A stretch of 64,000 nucleotides of DNA from Terriglobia bacterium (GTDB taxonomy: Bacteria; Acidobacteriota; Terriglobia; Terriglobales; Acidobacteriaceae), in NCBI GenBank assembly GCA_963748935.1, contig CAVVLA010000002.1, forward strand, positions 14,113-78,112. The letters are read 5' to 3'. The position numbers were made by a program, and so were the translations under genes. Below the pieces are notes generated by a model. The model had not been told where the DNA came from and did not search any database. It saw only the letters and a list, made by a program, of their open reading frames with translations. Of the stretch, positions 44,200-53,694 are shown piece after piece; position 1 is the stretch's first letter, and each line of letters starts with the position of its first letter.

Positions 44200-44574
44200 T
44201 CACGCAGCCTCGCCGTAGAGAAGAGTGCGGGCTTTCTTAATCAAAACAGCCGCAGGCTGTGATTTGGAAATTAGTTCGGAAACTCCGACCAGGCATGCTT
44301 GCTCCTGCACCATGTCCCCGAACATGCTGTACATGACCAGCGGCACCTCGGGCATCAACCGTTTCAGTTCCCGAGCCGCGTCAAGACCACTCATTACGGG
44401 CATCGAAAGATCCAGCACAATCAGATCGGGATGCAATTCCAGAGCCTTTGCGATTGCTTCTCTGCCATTCGTAGCTTCCCCGCATACGGTAAGGTCTTCT
44501 TCGTGTTTGAACAGCTCACAGATCGCCCAACGGACATGTGCGTTGTCATCGACGATCAGGATGGTCTTTGGCAT
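44200..44574 (-). CDS. single-domain response regulator (CheY-like receiver)
   Basis: ILIVDDN...DLIVLDLSMPVMSG...PLVMYS receiver motifs. Start ATG 44574 is likeliest; 44619 and 44649 are possible. Confidence 0.85.
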   Translation of the reverse strand: MPKTILIVDDNAHVRWAICELFKHEEDLTVCGEATNGREAIAKALELHPDLIVLDLSMPVMSGLDAARELKRLMPEVPLVMYSMFGDMVQEQACLVGVSELISKSQPAAVLIKKARTLLYGEAA

Positions 44575-44689
44575 GTCCTTCGAGGAACCTTGCGACCCGT
44601 GTTGGATGCACTCTTCCATCTCAGGTTGTTCAAAACATTGTTTTTGCACAAATCTCCACCCCGCTGGTAGTGGGTCGAATCTCCTTATG

Positions 44690-44760
44690 CGTTCTTGGCG
44701 TTGACTTTGCGAACTTTGCGGTCAAGGGCTTTAACCGCAAAGTTCGCTAAGGACGCGAAG
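44690..44760. repeat. family-I palindrome (GCGAACTTTGCGGT / ACCGCAAAGTTCGC)
   Basis: 14-bp perfect inverted repeat at 44709-44722 and 44734-44747. Related AACCGCAAAGAACGCAAAAAGG at 56665-56687. Confidence 0.75.
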
Positions 44761-44878
44761 CAGTCAAGACCTTCCTGAGTCGTCGCCTGCCGCCCCGCCT
44801 GTTTGAGGCTTATAATGAGGCACTTGAGCCGGAAACTTCACGCCGGAACTGCGCAACTGCTCCGCCCGAATTGATAAA

Positions 44879-47129
44879 GTGCCTGCTCCCAACCCAACCC
44901 GCAACAAGGAAACCACCAGTCGGAAGAAAGTCATCATTCTCCTTACGGTTGGAATCTTTGTCCTGTTTGGCATTCTGCTTTCGCAGTCTTCGTTCGACCT
45001 TCCCTTTCTCAATCCCGATACCAACCAGCAACTGCTGTTTTTTGCCGCGCTATCTGCGGTGATTTTTCTGCTGTTCGTTGCGCTCACGTTCGTGCTGGCG
45101 CGCAACCTGCTCAAGCTGTTTGCCGAACGCCGGCTGGGCGTTCTGGGATCGAAGTTTCGCACGCGGTTGGTGGTCGGAGGGCTGCTGCTCTCATTTCTTC
45201 CAGTCATCATGATGTTCTGGTTCGCGTACGGCCTGATGAACCGCTCGATTGACAAGTGGTTTTCCCGTCCGGTTGAGGAGGTGCGGGAAGACACTGCGGC
45301 CATGGCTTCCCTGCTCTCAAAGTATTTGGCCCAGAATGCGCGTGCCGAGGCGGAATCGATCGCCACTTTACCCGAGACCCAGCGGGCATTCGCCGGCCAC
45401 AGCTTCTCGACGGTGATGAGCGAATTTCGCCGGCACGAGCCCACCTTGCAAGGTGGATTTGCGGTCGCGATCGAGGACGGAAACGCGCAAGCCAGTTTCG
45501 CCGCGCCCGCCTCCTGGCCGCTGCTGAAAGCCAAGATTCCCCTGGACCGGCTCACCTCCGAAACCATCCAGCATTTGAATTGGGAACATACCGACTACAT
45601 CCTGGGCGGCGCGGCCGTGAACGACAGAGGCCTGATCCTGGTCGCCATGCCTTTGCCACAAAAGCTTTCGGAAACCGTGAAGGCGCTGGAAGCCAGCCAG
45701 AGGCGTTATCTCGAACTCAGCCGCGAGCGCAAGTTGGTGCGACGCACATACATGGGGCTGTTGCTGCTGCTTACTGTGCTGGTGCTTTTTTCCACCACCT
45801 GGCTGGCTCTTTATCTGTCGAAATTGGTCACTCGTCCTATGGTCGCGTTAGCCGAAGCTACGCAGGAAATATCCCGGGGACGCCTGGACTACCGGGTGGA
45901 AGTCAGCGCCGCCGATGAAATTGGCGATCTGGTGCGGTCTTTCAACCGCATGGCGGAAGAGTTGGAAACCAGCCGCCACCAGATTGAAGCTTCGAGCCGC
46001 GACCTGAGCGCCGCCAACACCGCGCTGGAACGGCGCCGCCGCCACATTGAAACCATCCTGGAAAGCATTCCAACCGGCGTGCTTTCACTCGACGCAGGAC
46101 GCCGCATCACTCACGTAAACCACGCCCTGCTTCGCATGTTCAATCCTTCCGGAGGCGAATCCACCCGACCGAATGTGGCCATTGGAGCCGCGCTGCGTGA
46201 CGTGTTTCCACAGGAGGTTCTGGAAGACCTGGAGCCGCTATTGCGGCGCGCCGACCGCATGGGCACAACCACCACCCAACTCGAGATGGCGTTGCATCCA
46301 TCGCCGTTCAACGCCGCCGTTACCGTGGCGACCCTGCAGCATGGAGGTCAAGGGTTAGGCTATGTTCTGGTCTTCGAAGATTTGTCTGACCTGCTCAAGG
46401 CTCAGAAGCAGACCGCATGGCGTGAAGTGGCACGGCGAGTCGCCCATGAAATCAAAAACCCGTTGACCCCCATTGCGCTTTCCGCCGAGCGTATTCGCCG
46501 CCACCTCGACCGCGGCTCTCCTCCTGATGCGGCTTCTCTGGCAGTTCTCCATAGTTGCGCCGAAACTATCGGCAGCGCGGTGGAAACCTTGCGGACCCTG
46601 GTGGATGAGTTTTCCACCCTGGCTCGGTTCCCCACGGCGCAGCCTGCTCCCGCCAACATCAATGCCATCGTGGAAAATACCCTGGCCATGTTCAACGGGC
46701 GGCTGGACAGTATTCATGTGCAGACATTTCTGGCTACGGACCTGCCTAAAGTTATGGCCGATCCTGAGGCCATCAAGCGCGCCCTGGCCAATCTTGTAGA
46801 CAATGCCGCCGAGGCCATGCAGGGCGCCCTGGTGCGCGAAATTCAGATTTCAACCTCGCTGGTGGCCAGCCGGGACGCCGTCGAAATCACGGTTGCCGAT
46901 ACCGGCCACGGAGTAACCCAGGAACTTGAAAGAGAAACTCTTCCTGCCCTATTTCTCCACCAAGCAACGCGGCACCGGATTGGGCCTGGCCATCGTCAGC
47001 CGCATCATTGAAGACCATCGCGGCTGCATTCGAGTAGAGGAAAATCAGCCGATCGGTACCCGGTTCGTGGTGGAATTGCCAGTGGCTTTGGAAGTCCTAC
47101 CCAGCCCGGCCATCCGTCAGCATGCATAA
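44879..47129 (+). pseudogene. NtrY-like sensor histidine kinase, frame broken by a 1-nt indel near 46925-46928
   Basis: TM region, HAMP, PAS, HisKA (AHEIKNPLTPI), HATPase N-box. After ...ADTGHGVTQE the frame yields nonsense. ORF 46926-47129 supplies KEKLFLPYFSTKQRGTGLGLAIV (G-boxes) and ends 8 nt inside the ntrX-like gene. Confidence 0.85.
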
Positions 47130-48477
47130 CATCCTCATCGTGGACGACGAATCCGGCATCCGGCAATCGCTCAAGGGGGTGCTGGAGGACGAAGGGTATA
47201 AAGCGTCGGTGGTGGAAAGCGGCGAAGCCTGCCTGGACACGCTGCGCAAGCGTGCCTTCGACGTGGTGCTGCTCGATGTCTGGCTGCCGGGCATGGACGG
47301 TCTGGAGACTCTGCAAAAGATACGGGAGTTGGAGAATGCCCCCGAGGTCATCATGATCTCCGGCCACGGCACCATTGAAACCGCGGTGCGCGCAACCAAG
47401 CTGGGCGCGTATGACTTCCTGGAAAAGCCGCTTTCCATCGACAAGACAGTCATCCTGGTAAAGCACGCCATTGATGCCAACCAGATGCGGCAGGAAAACC
47501 GGGAACTCAAGAAACAGCTCGCGCCCCGCAGCGTGATCGTCGGTGAGAGTATTCCCATGAAAGCGTTGCGCCAGCAGATTCAGCTCATGGCGCCGACCAA
47601 CGGCCGAGTGTTGATTTACGGTGAGTCCGGCACGGGCAAGGAACTTGTGGCCCACGCCATCCACGCGCAAAGTCTGCGCAAGAATGAGATGTTCGTGGAA
47701 CTGAACTGTGCCGCCATCCCCGAGGATTTGATTGAGAGCGAACTCTTCGGACATCGCAAGGGATCGTTTCCCGCGGCCACCGCGGACAAGGAAGGAAAAT
47801 TTCACCGCGCCAACGGGGGCACGCTCTTCCTGGACGAGATCGGCGACATGAGCCTGAAGACCCAGTCCAAGGTATTGCGCACCCTCGATGAGCAGCGCTT
47901 CACTCCGGTAGGAAGCGACGAACCGGTCACCGTGGATGCCCGCCTCATCGCCTCAACCAACAAGGATCTTGACGAAGAGATCTCTCGCGGCAACTTTCGC
48001 GAAGATCTGTTTTACCGCCTGAACGTGATTCCCTTCTCCGTTCCACCCCTGCGCGAGCGGCAGGAGGATGTTCCGCTGCTGGCCCGGCACTTTCTGAAAG
48101 AGCTGTCTGCCACTTATGGCCGCAGGCCGCGCGAAATTACCGATGACGCGATCGAAACTCTGATGCGGTACTCCTGGCCTGGCAACGTACGCGAACTGCG
48201 CAACGTGATCGAGCGCATTGTGATCATGAATCCCACCACCACCCGCTTCGACCGCAAACATCTGCCGCCGCTGGTTCACCGCGACGGCAGCCGCCGCTCC
48301 ATTGGAAGCGAGTTTTCCACCTTGCACCAGGCTCGCGCCGCTTACGAACGCGATTACATCCTAAAAAAGCTGGACGACAATCACGGCAACATCACCCGCA
48401 CCGCGGAAGTTCTAGGGCTGGAACGCAGCCACTTATACCGCAAGATGAAAACTCTGGGAATTGCGGTGAAGGAGTAA
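47122..48477 (+). CDS. NtrX/NtrC-family response regulator with AAA+ and Fis domains, degenerate GAFTGA
   Basis: Receiver (ILIVDDE..LLDVWLPGMDG), GESGTGKE Walker A, GSFPAA in place of GAFTGA (47761-47778), C-terminal HTH. Confidence 0.88.
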   Translation: MHNILIVDDESGIRQSLKGVLEDEGYKASVVESGEACLDTLRKRAFDVVLLDVWLPGMDGLETLQKIRELENAPEVIMISGHGTIETAVRATKLGAYDFLEKPLSIDKTVILVKHAIDANQMRQENRELKKQLAPRSVIVGESIPMKALRQQIQLMAPTNGRVLIYGESGTGKELVAHAIHAQSLRKNEMFVELNCAAIPEDLIESELFGHRKGSFPAATADKEGKFHRANGGTLFLDEIGDMSLKTQSKVLRTLDEQRFTPVGSDEPVTVDARLIASTNKDLDEEISRGNFREDLFYRLNVIPFSVPPLRERQEDVPLLARHFLKELSATYGRRPREITDDAIETLMRYSWPGNVRELRNVIERIVIMNPTTTRFDRKHLPPLVHRDGSRRSIGSEFSTLHQARAAYERDYILKKLDDNHGNITRTAEVLGLERSHLYRKMKTLGIAVKE

Positions 48478-48536
48478 GGTACGGACTAAGCATCGTGCAA
48501 CGATCAGCACGAAAAGACCCTGTCATCCATAGAGCC

Positions 48537-48732
48537 CTGTCATCCTGAGCGGAGTGGCTGCTTCGCGCAGCAAAGCAGCTGCGCAGTCGAAGGATCTCTA
48601 TATAACCGAGCATTCGCGCCGCGTGGCACCGCTGAGAACTGTGGAATGCCCAGAGAGCTGCGGTAAGGTAGGGGTCCTTCGACTCTATATCTGCTTCGCG
48701 CAGCGAAGCAGATATTCCGCTCAGGATGACAG
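48537..48732. mobile_element. 196-bp MITE-like element: two inverted family-A units
   Basis: Left unit 48537-48598. Right unit 48666-48732 is inverted, with a 12-bp perfect hairpin (48687-48715). Half-head TGTCATCC at 48521-48528. Same size and layout as 7450-7646. Confidence 0.7.
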
Positions 48733-48748
48733 AGCGTTATGGGAAAGG

Positions 48749-49192
48749 TCAGCGCTTGATCATGTGGATTTCGGTTCCATTCTTGAGGAACTTCACCTCG
48801 TCCATGAGCTGATTGATCAAAAAGATTCCGCGTCCGTGATCGGAATAGACGCTCTCCCCCCGCAACGGGTTGGGGATGTGTCCGGGATCAAATCCGGTGC
48901 CCGGATCGCGAACCACGATCAGTATGCTCTGATCCTGGTTGGAGACCACGTCGCATTCCACGATCTTGGAGGGGTCGGCCTTGGCGCCGTGCACCACCGC
49001 GTTGGCCAACGCTTCAGTGAGCGCTAACTCGATCGCATCATGCTTCTCGGTGTCGGAATGGATCTGTCTCACCAGTTGCATCACGCTCTGGACCACCGGA
49101 TCCACAGCCTCCCGGTCAGCCGCGAGAGTCACCTTGAGTTTAAGGCTCGCGTTGCCGGACTCGAAATTATGGATCTCTGACTTCTCGGTCAT
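48749..49192 (-). CDS. anti-sigma regulatory factor-type Ser/Thr kinase (RsbW-like, HATPase_c_2)
   Basis: LTEALANAVVHG N-box and VRDPGTGFD ... HGRGIFLI G-boxes. 147 aa. No STAS or PP2C partner adjacent. Confidence 0.75.
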   Translation of the reverse strand: MTEKSEIHNFESGNASLKLKVTLAADREAVDPVVQSVMQLVRQIHSDTEKHDAIELALTEALANAVVHGAKADPSKIVECDVVSNQDQSILIVVRDPGTGFDPGHIPNPLRGESVYSDHGRGIFLINQLMDEVKFLKNGTEIHMIKR

Positions 49193-49271
49193 GATCTGTC
49201 TTTTCTCCGGTGTTCTTGGACGCGCTCCGGGATTCTACAGGATCGCTCCTTTTGAGCAAAGTAACGCTGGG

Positions 49272-50213
49272 TCATCCCTTGCCGCTGGCAGTCAAGCGCT
49301 CCACCTGGCGCCGCCAGTCCAGTTCCTCCACAAACTCGTGAGAGTCTCGCCAGTTTCCCCGTACCTTCACGAAAAGCTCGAGAAACACGCGCTTGCCTAA
49401 CATCTTTTCGATCTGCAGCCGGGCTGCGGTGCCGATTTTCTTAAGCATCTGACCGCCCTTGCCGACAAGAATCCCTTTCTGTCCCTCGCGCTCGCAGAAG
49501 ATCGCAGCCGCAATGCGGGTCAGTCTGGGTCCTTCTTCAAATTGTTCAATGACCACCGTGGTCGCGTAGGGAACCTCTTCGCTGGTCTCGACCAGAACCT
49601 GTTCACGAATGATTTCCGCGACCATGAAACGGACAGGCTGGTCGGTTACCTGGTCTTCAGGAAAGTAGGACGGGCCTTCAGGCAGAAACCGGATCAACTT
49701 TTCCAGGAGCACATCGAGGCCTTCGTGTTTTCGGGCAGAGAGAGGAATGACCTCTCTGAAATCATGGAGCTTTCGATAGTCATCGATAATAGGCAGGAGC
49801 TTTTCTTTGGTGCCCCGCAGCAGATCGATTTTATTAAGCAGCAGGAATACCGGCGTGCCCGACTTCCTGGCCAGATCGAGTACAAGCTGGTCGGCCTGCG
49901 CGAATTTGCGGGTCACGTCCACGATCAGCAAAACCAGTTCGCAGCCGTCCAGAGCCTCCCGCACTTCAGCCATCATCTTCCGCCCCAGAGACGTGTCGGG
50001 CCGATGAACTCCGGGCGTATCCAGCAGTACGACTTGCCCGCCAGGCCTACCTTTTTGCTTGGGCACGTGGAGGACGCCCAGAATGCGATTGCGTGTGGTC
50101 TGCGGCTTCGGACTGATGATCGCGACCTTCTCGCCCACCAATGCATTGAGCAGCGTGGATTTGCCAGCGTTGGGACGCCCCAGGATGCACACGAAGCCGG
50201 AGTGAAAAGACAT
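49272..50213 (-). CDS. era: GTPase Era
   Basis: GRPNAGKSTLLN G1, DTPG G3, NKID G4, C-terminal KH domain. ATG 50213 chosen; the upstream 36 codons run through REP repeats. Confidence 0.93.
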   Translation of the reverse strand: MSFHSGFVCILGRPNAGKSTLLNALVGEKVAIISPKPQTTRNRILGVLHVPKQKGRPGGQVVLLDTPGVHRPDTSLGRKMMAEVREALDGCELVLLIVDVTRKFAQADQLVLDLARKSGTPVFLLLNKIDLLRGTKEKLLPIIDDYRKLHDFREVIPLSARKHEGLDVLLEKLIRFLPEGPSYFPEDQVTDQPVRFMVAEIIREQVLVETSEEVPYATTVVIEQFEEGPRLTRIAAAIFCEREGQKGILVGKGGQMLKKIGTAARLQIEKMLGKRVFLELFVKVRGNWRDSHEFVEELDWRRQVERLTASGKG

Positions 50214-50225
50214 GAAATAAAACAC

Positions 50226-50319
50226 GTGGGGACAGCCGCCCCCGGCCGTCCAGGCCGAGCGCAGCTCGGCAGTTTTAACTTTGCGGGAGACTTCGCGGGC
50301 GGGGGCGCCCGCGCCACAC
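50226..50319. repeat. three GC hairpins upstream of era (REP-like, heterologous stems)
   Basis: GTGGGGACAGCCG-CCCC-CGGCCGTCC (50226-50251), GCCGAGC-GCA-GCTCGGC (50254-50270), CGCGGGCG-GGGG-CGCCCGCG-CCACAC (50294-50319). Confidence 0.75.
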
Positions 50320-50327
50320 AAGCATGA

Positions 50328-51597
50328 CTATATCAGCTTCATCTGGGTAGGTTTGGCCAGGGAAATTCTGACTCGCTCCACCCGACGCTCGGTTGCGTCC
50401 AGCACTTCAAAACGAAGCCCGTCTTCTTCGACCACTTCGCCACGATGCGGGATGCGTCCCGCCAGTTCGCTTACCAGTCCAGCCACCGTGGCTGACTCTT
50501 TACCTTCGGGCCTGATGCCGAACATTTCACCTAAACGATCCACGTCCATGTTGCCGGGCACGATGTAGGAATGGTCAGTCTCGCGGACCACTTCCATCTT
50601 CTCGTGCTCGTCGCGGATTTCTCCGACGATTTCTTCGACCAGATCTTCGATGGTGACCAGCCCTGCGACTCCGCCGTATTCATCTACCACAATCGCCATG
50701 CGGATATTGTTTTTCTGCATTTCACGAAGCAGATCGCTGCCCAATTTGCTTTCGGGCACAAAATAGACATCGCGGCGCATCAGCGTGTCGACGGTGCGGG
50801 AGTGGGCCTCGGTGTCCGGCACTTGCAGCACATCCTGGGCGTAGACGATGCCTACAATGTTGTGGATGGTGCCCTCGAAAACTGGAACCCTGGAGAACGG
50901 CTTGTGGCGCAGCAGTTCGATGAAGCGCTCGACTGTTGTGTTGGTAGGAACTGCCACAATTTCCGGTCGCGGCTTCATGGCTTCACGCACCGTCTTCTCG
51001 CCAAACTCGACGACCGACTGGATCAGGTCGCGGTTGCTTTCGTGCAGAATGCCTTCTTCCCGGCCCGCTTCAATCAGCGCATCCACCGCCTCCGCCTGCG
51101 ATTTCGGGAGTTTCGTCAGAATGCTCTTTGGTGAGCGCTGTGACCGACTGCAAAAATCCCAATACCAGAGTCACCGGCAATGCGATATAGATCAGGATTT
51201 TCAGTAGCCCTACCCAGCGCCCCAGCCATTCCCCGTTGGTTCGCGAAAAGAACAGAAACGGAAGAAAGCGGTTGAACAGGATCACGATGAGGACCAGACT
51301 GAGCGTAGCCTGCAGGATTTCATAGACACTCCAGGCACGATCACGGAACACCGCAAAACCGACCAGCAAGGCGATTGCCGCCATGATGATTTGCGCCAGC
51401 ACCGCCATGGAGAGCGCGGCGCGCGCCCGGCTCACTCCCAACCTGGGTTCGATCTTCTGCTCAAAGGTGGCGATGTTGTCCTGAAATTCGCGGGAGAGAA
51501 ACTTGCCCATCTCGGTATAAACGCGGTCCACGTACGACACCAGCGTGAGCAGGCACAGCATCAACAGCAGCGCAGCTGCGATGGCGTAGTTCATCAT
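50328..51597 (-). pseudogene. corC: CNNM/CorC-family transporter, frame broken by a 1-nt indel near 51105-51110
   Basis: ORF 51070-51597 is the TM domain and ends in GGGGGCAD nonsense. ORF 50328-51086 is the CBS pair plus CorC_HlyC. The shifted frame reads ...TPKSQAEAVDALIEAGREEGIL across a CCC/AAA run. Confidence 0.85.
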
Positions 51598-52131
51598 GTC
51601 GCCCGTGTGGCGCGGGCGCCGCCGCCCGCGGCTTTTCCTCTGAAGCGGCGCCCAGGCTTACGACCGGAACTTCCTGGTGAAGCCCGTCCATTCCTCTCGA
51701 TCAGCCCAGCGGGCAACCCCAGTGACAGACGCAAGGCCGCCTCCTTCCCTGCCATCACTCCACCGTCGTTTTCGTGGTCATATCCCGCGAGATGAAGCAC
51801 ACCGTGCAAAGCCAGAATCTTGATCTCCTGCGCCGCTGAATGGCCTAGCCGGCGTGCATTCTGCCTGTGCAATTTCCGCCGAGATGGCGATGTCGCCGGC
51901 TAATCCGTTCCAGGCCCCAGCTCCCGACATGAAGGGATCAGGCACGAATGAGAGCACGTCCGTGGGCTTGTCCTTCCCTCGGAAACGACGGTTCAGCGCC
52001 TGTAACTCGAGACTGCCGGTTACCAGCACGTTGACCACGCCACGCAGCCTGACCGCCCTGCTGGCCCGCCCCACAAACTTTGCCAACGCGGTATCGCTCA
52101 ATCCCGCTACCTGTTTTCGAAGGATAACCAA
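51594..52131 (-). pseudogene. ybeY: rRNA maturation RNase YbeY, frame broken near 51865-51875
   Basis: ORF 51778-52131 gives the N-terminal half (..TDVLSF...GDIAISAEIA). ORF 51594-51872 gives RQNARRLGH...HGVLHLAGYDHE (zinc motif). The C-terminal ~35 codons read through low-complexity DNA and a REP hairpin. ATGA overlap with corC. Confidence 0.85.
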
Positions 52132-52212
52132 GTTTTGCTTTGCGTCCTCCGCACGGCTTCTCTTTGTTGTTTATGTTTATGTTGTTCGCGGTTAAGAGCT
52201 ATTTCTGGGGAA

Positions 52213-52256
52213 CTGCAAAAACAAACAGGAGGGCCAAATCCCGGCACCCTCCTGTT
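52213..52256 (-). terminator. intrinsic terminator-like hairpin downstream of phoH
   Basis: 10-bp perfect stem AACAGGAGGG/CCCTCCTGTT (52224-52233, 52247-52256), followed on the minus strand by TTTGTTTTT. Confidence 0.6.
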
Positions 52257-52270
52257 CAATCTTACCTGCT

Positions 52271-53326
52271 CTATTCGTTGGTTTCTACTTCCGGAGATAA
52301 CTCGTGGTCGGGGTTCGGCGGCACCGCGTGCAGGCCACCGGGCTTGCCATTCGCTTTGGATTCGGGTGCGGGTTCCCCGCTGACTCGAGTTTTGTGCTCT
52401 TCATAAGCACGGATGATGCGCTGCACCAGGTGGTGGCGCACCACGTCGCCATCGTCAAAGTATGTAAATGCCAGCCCCTCAACGTGTTTGAGGACGTCGG
52501 CGGCCTCGAGCAAGCCGCTGCGCTTGGCGTTGGGCAGATCAATCTGGGTGACGTCGCCGGTGATAACCGCCTTGGAGTTGAATCCCAGGCGGGTGACGAA
52601 CATTTTCATCTGCTCAGACGTCGTGTTTTGAGCCTCGTCCAGGATCACGAATGAATCATTCAGTGTTCGCCCGCGCATGAAGGCAATCGGCGCGATCTCA
52701 ATCACGTTTTTCTCGAGATAGCGATCCACCTTCTCCGGCTCCAGCATGTCGTAGAGCGCGTCGTACAGGGGACGCAGGTAGGGATCGATCTTGTCCTGCA
52801 GCGTACCCGGCAGGAACCCGAGGCGCTCCCCGGCTTCCACCGCCGGACGAGCGAGAATGATCCGGTTCACGCGCTTGGCCAATAGCGCCGAGATCGCCAT
52901 GGCCACCGCTAGGTAGGTCTTTCCGGTTCCAGCCGGGCCGATCCCGAATACCATGTCGTGATTCTCGATGGCTTCCAGATAGCGCCGCTGGTTGACGCTC
53001 TTGGGCTGGACCGTACGCCGCCCGAACGAGCGCTGGCGCCCAGCCTCCGCCAGGCCGCGCAGAGTAGTTTTGGGGTCGGCCAGCAAAACCCGCAACATGC
53101 TGCCTAAGTCGCCGTTGTTAAAGGTGAATCCGGAGCGCTGTAGATGGTCGTAATCGGCAAACACTTGCTCGGCCCGGGCGACGTCGCGGGACGCGCCTTC
53201 CAGATCGATGGAATCCGATCGCAAATCAATATTGATGTTTAAGCCGTCTTCCAGCAGGCGCAGATTCTCATCCCGCGTGCCGAACAAGGTCTCTATGTTG
53301 GGACTAATTTCAATGCTCTTCTTCAT
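52271..53326 (-). CDS. phoH: PhoH-family ATPase
   Basis: Walker [31 protein letters not shown] motifs. Order phoH-ybeY-corC-era is conserved. Confidence 0.92.
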   Translation of the reverse strand: MKKSIEISPNIETLFGTRDENLRLLEDGLNINIDLRSDSIDLEGASRDVARAEQVFADYDHLQRSGFTFNNGDLGSMLRVLLADPKTTLRGLAEAGRQRSFGRRTVQPKSVNQRRYLEAIENHDMVFGIGPAGTGKTYLAVAMAISALLAKRVNRIILARPAVEAGERLGFLPGTLQDKIDPYLRPLYDALYDMLEPEKVDRYLEKNVIEIAPIAFMRGRTLNDSFVILDEAQNTTSEQMKMFVTRLGFNSKAVITGDVTQIDLPNAKRSGLLEAADVLKHVEGLAFTYFDDGDVVRHHLVQRIIRAYEEHKTRVSGEPAPESKANGKPGGLHAVPPNPDHELSPEVETNE

Positions 53327-53694
53327 TTAGAGTTTGGCGCTTCTTCCTCCCGAGCCTGAATTCCGAGCCTTTGAGCTTCCAAGTCTTCGGTTCGGAGCTT
53401 GGATGCTCAGTTGCCCGCATAGGGCCGAAGTTTTTGGCGTGTCAAGGCGTACGCGAGGCAAAGAAACACACTCCTCCCCGCTTACGGACGAACTATTCTT
53501 ATATCTGGAGGTGGAACCAGCCGAGAGTGCTCGCCCCGAGGTACAGGCAACTGCCATTACGTTAAAGGGTACCCCTGCCCGCAGAGGGGAGTCAATGGCA
53601 TTGAAAACCAAAAGTAACTCGAGCTAACGTCTTGATAAAGCCTCGGCGCGCTGGATTGCGGCGAACCTTCGTGCAAGATATCATCCTCGCCACA

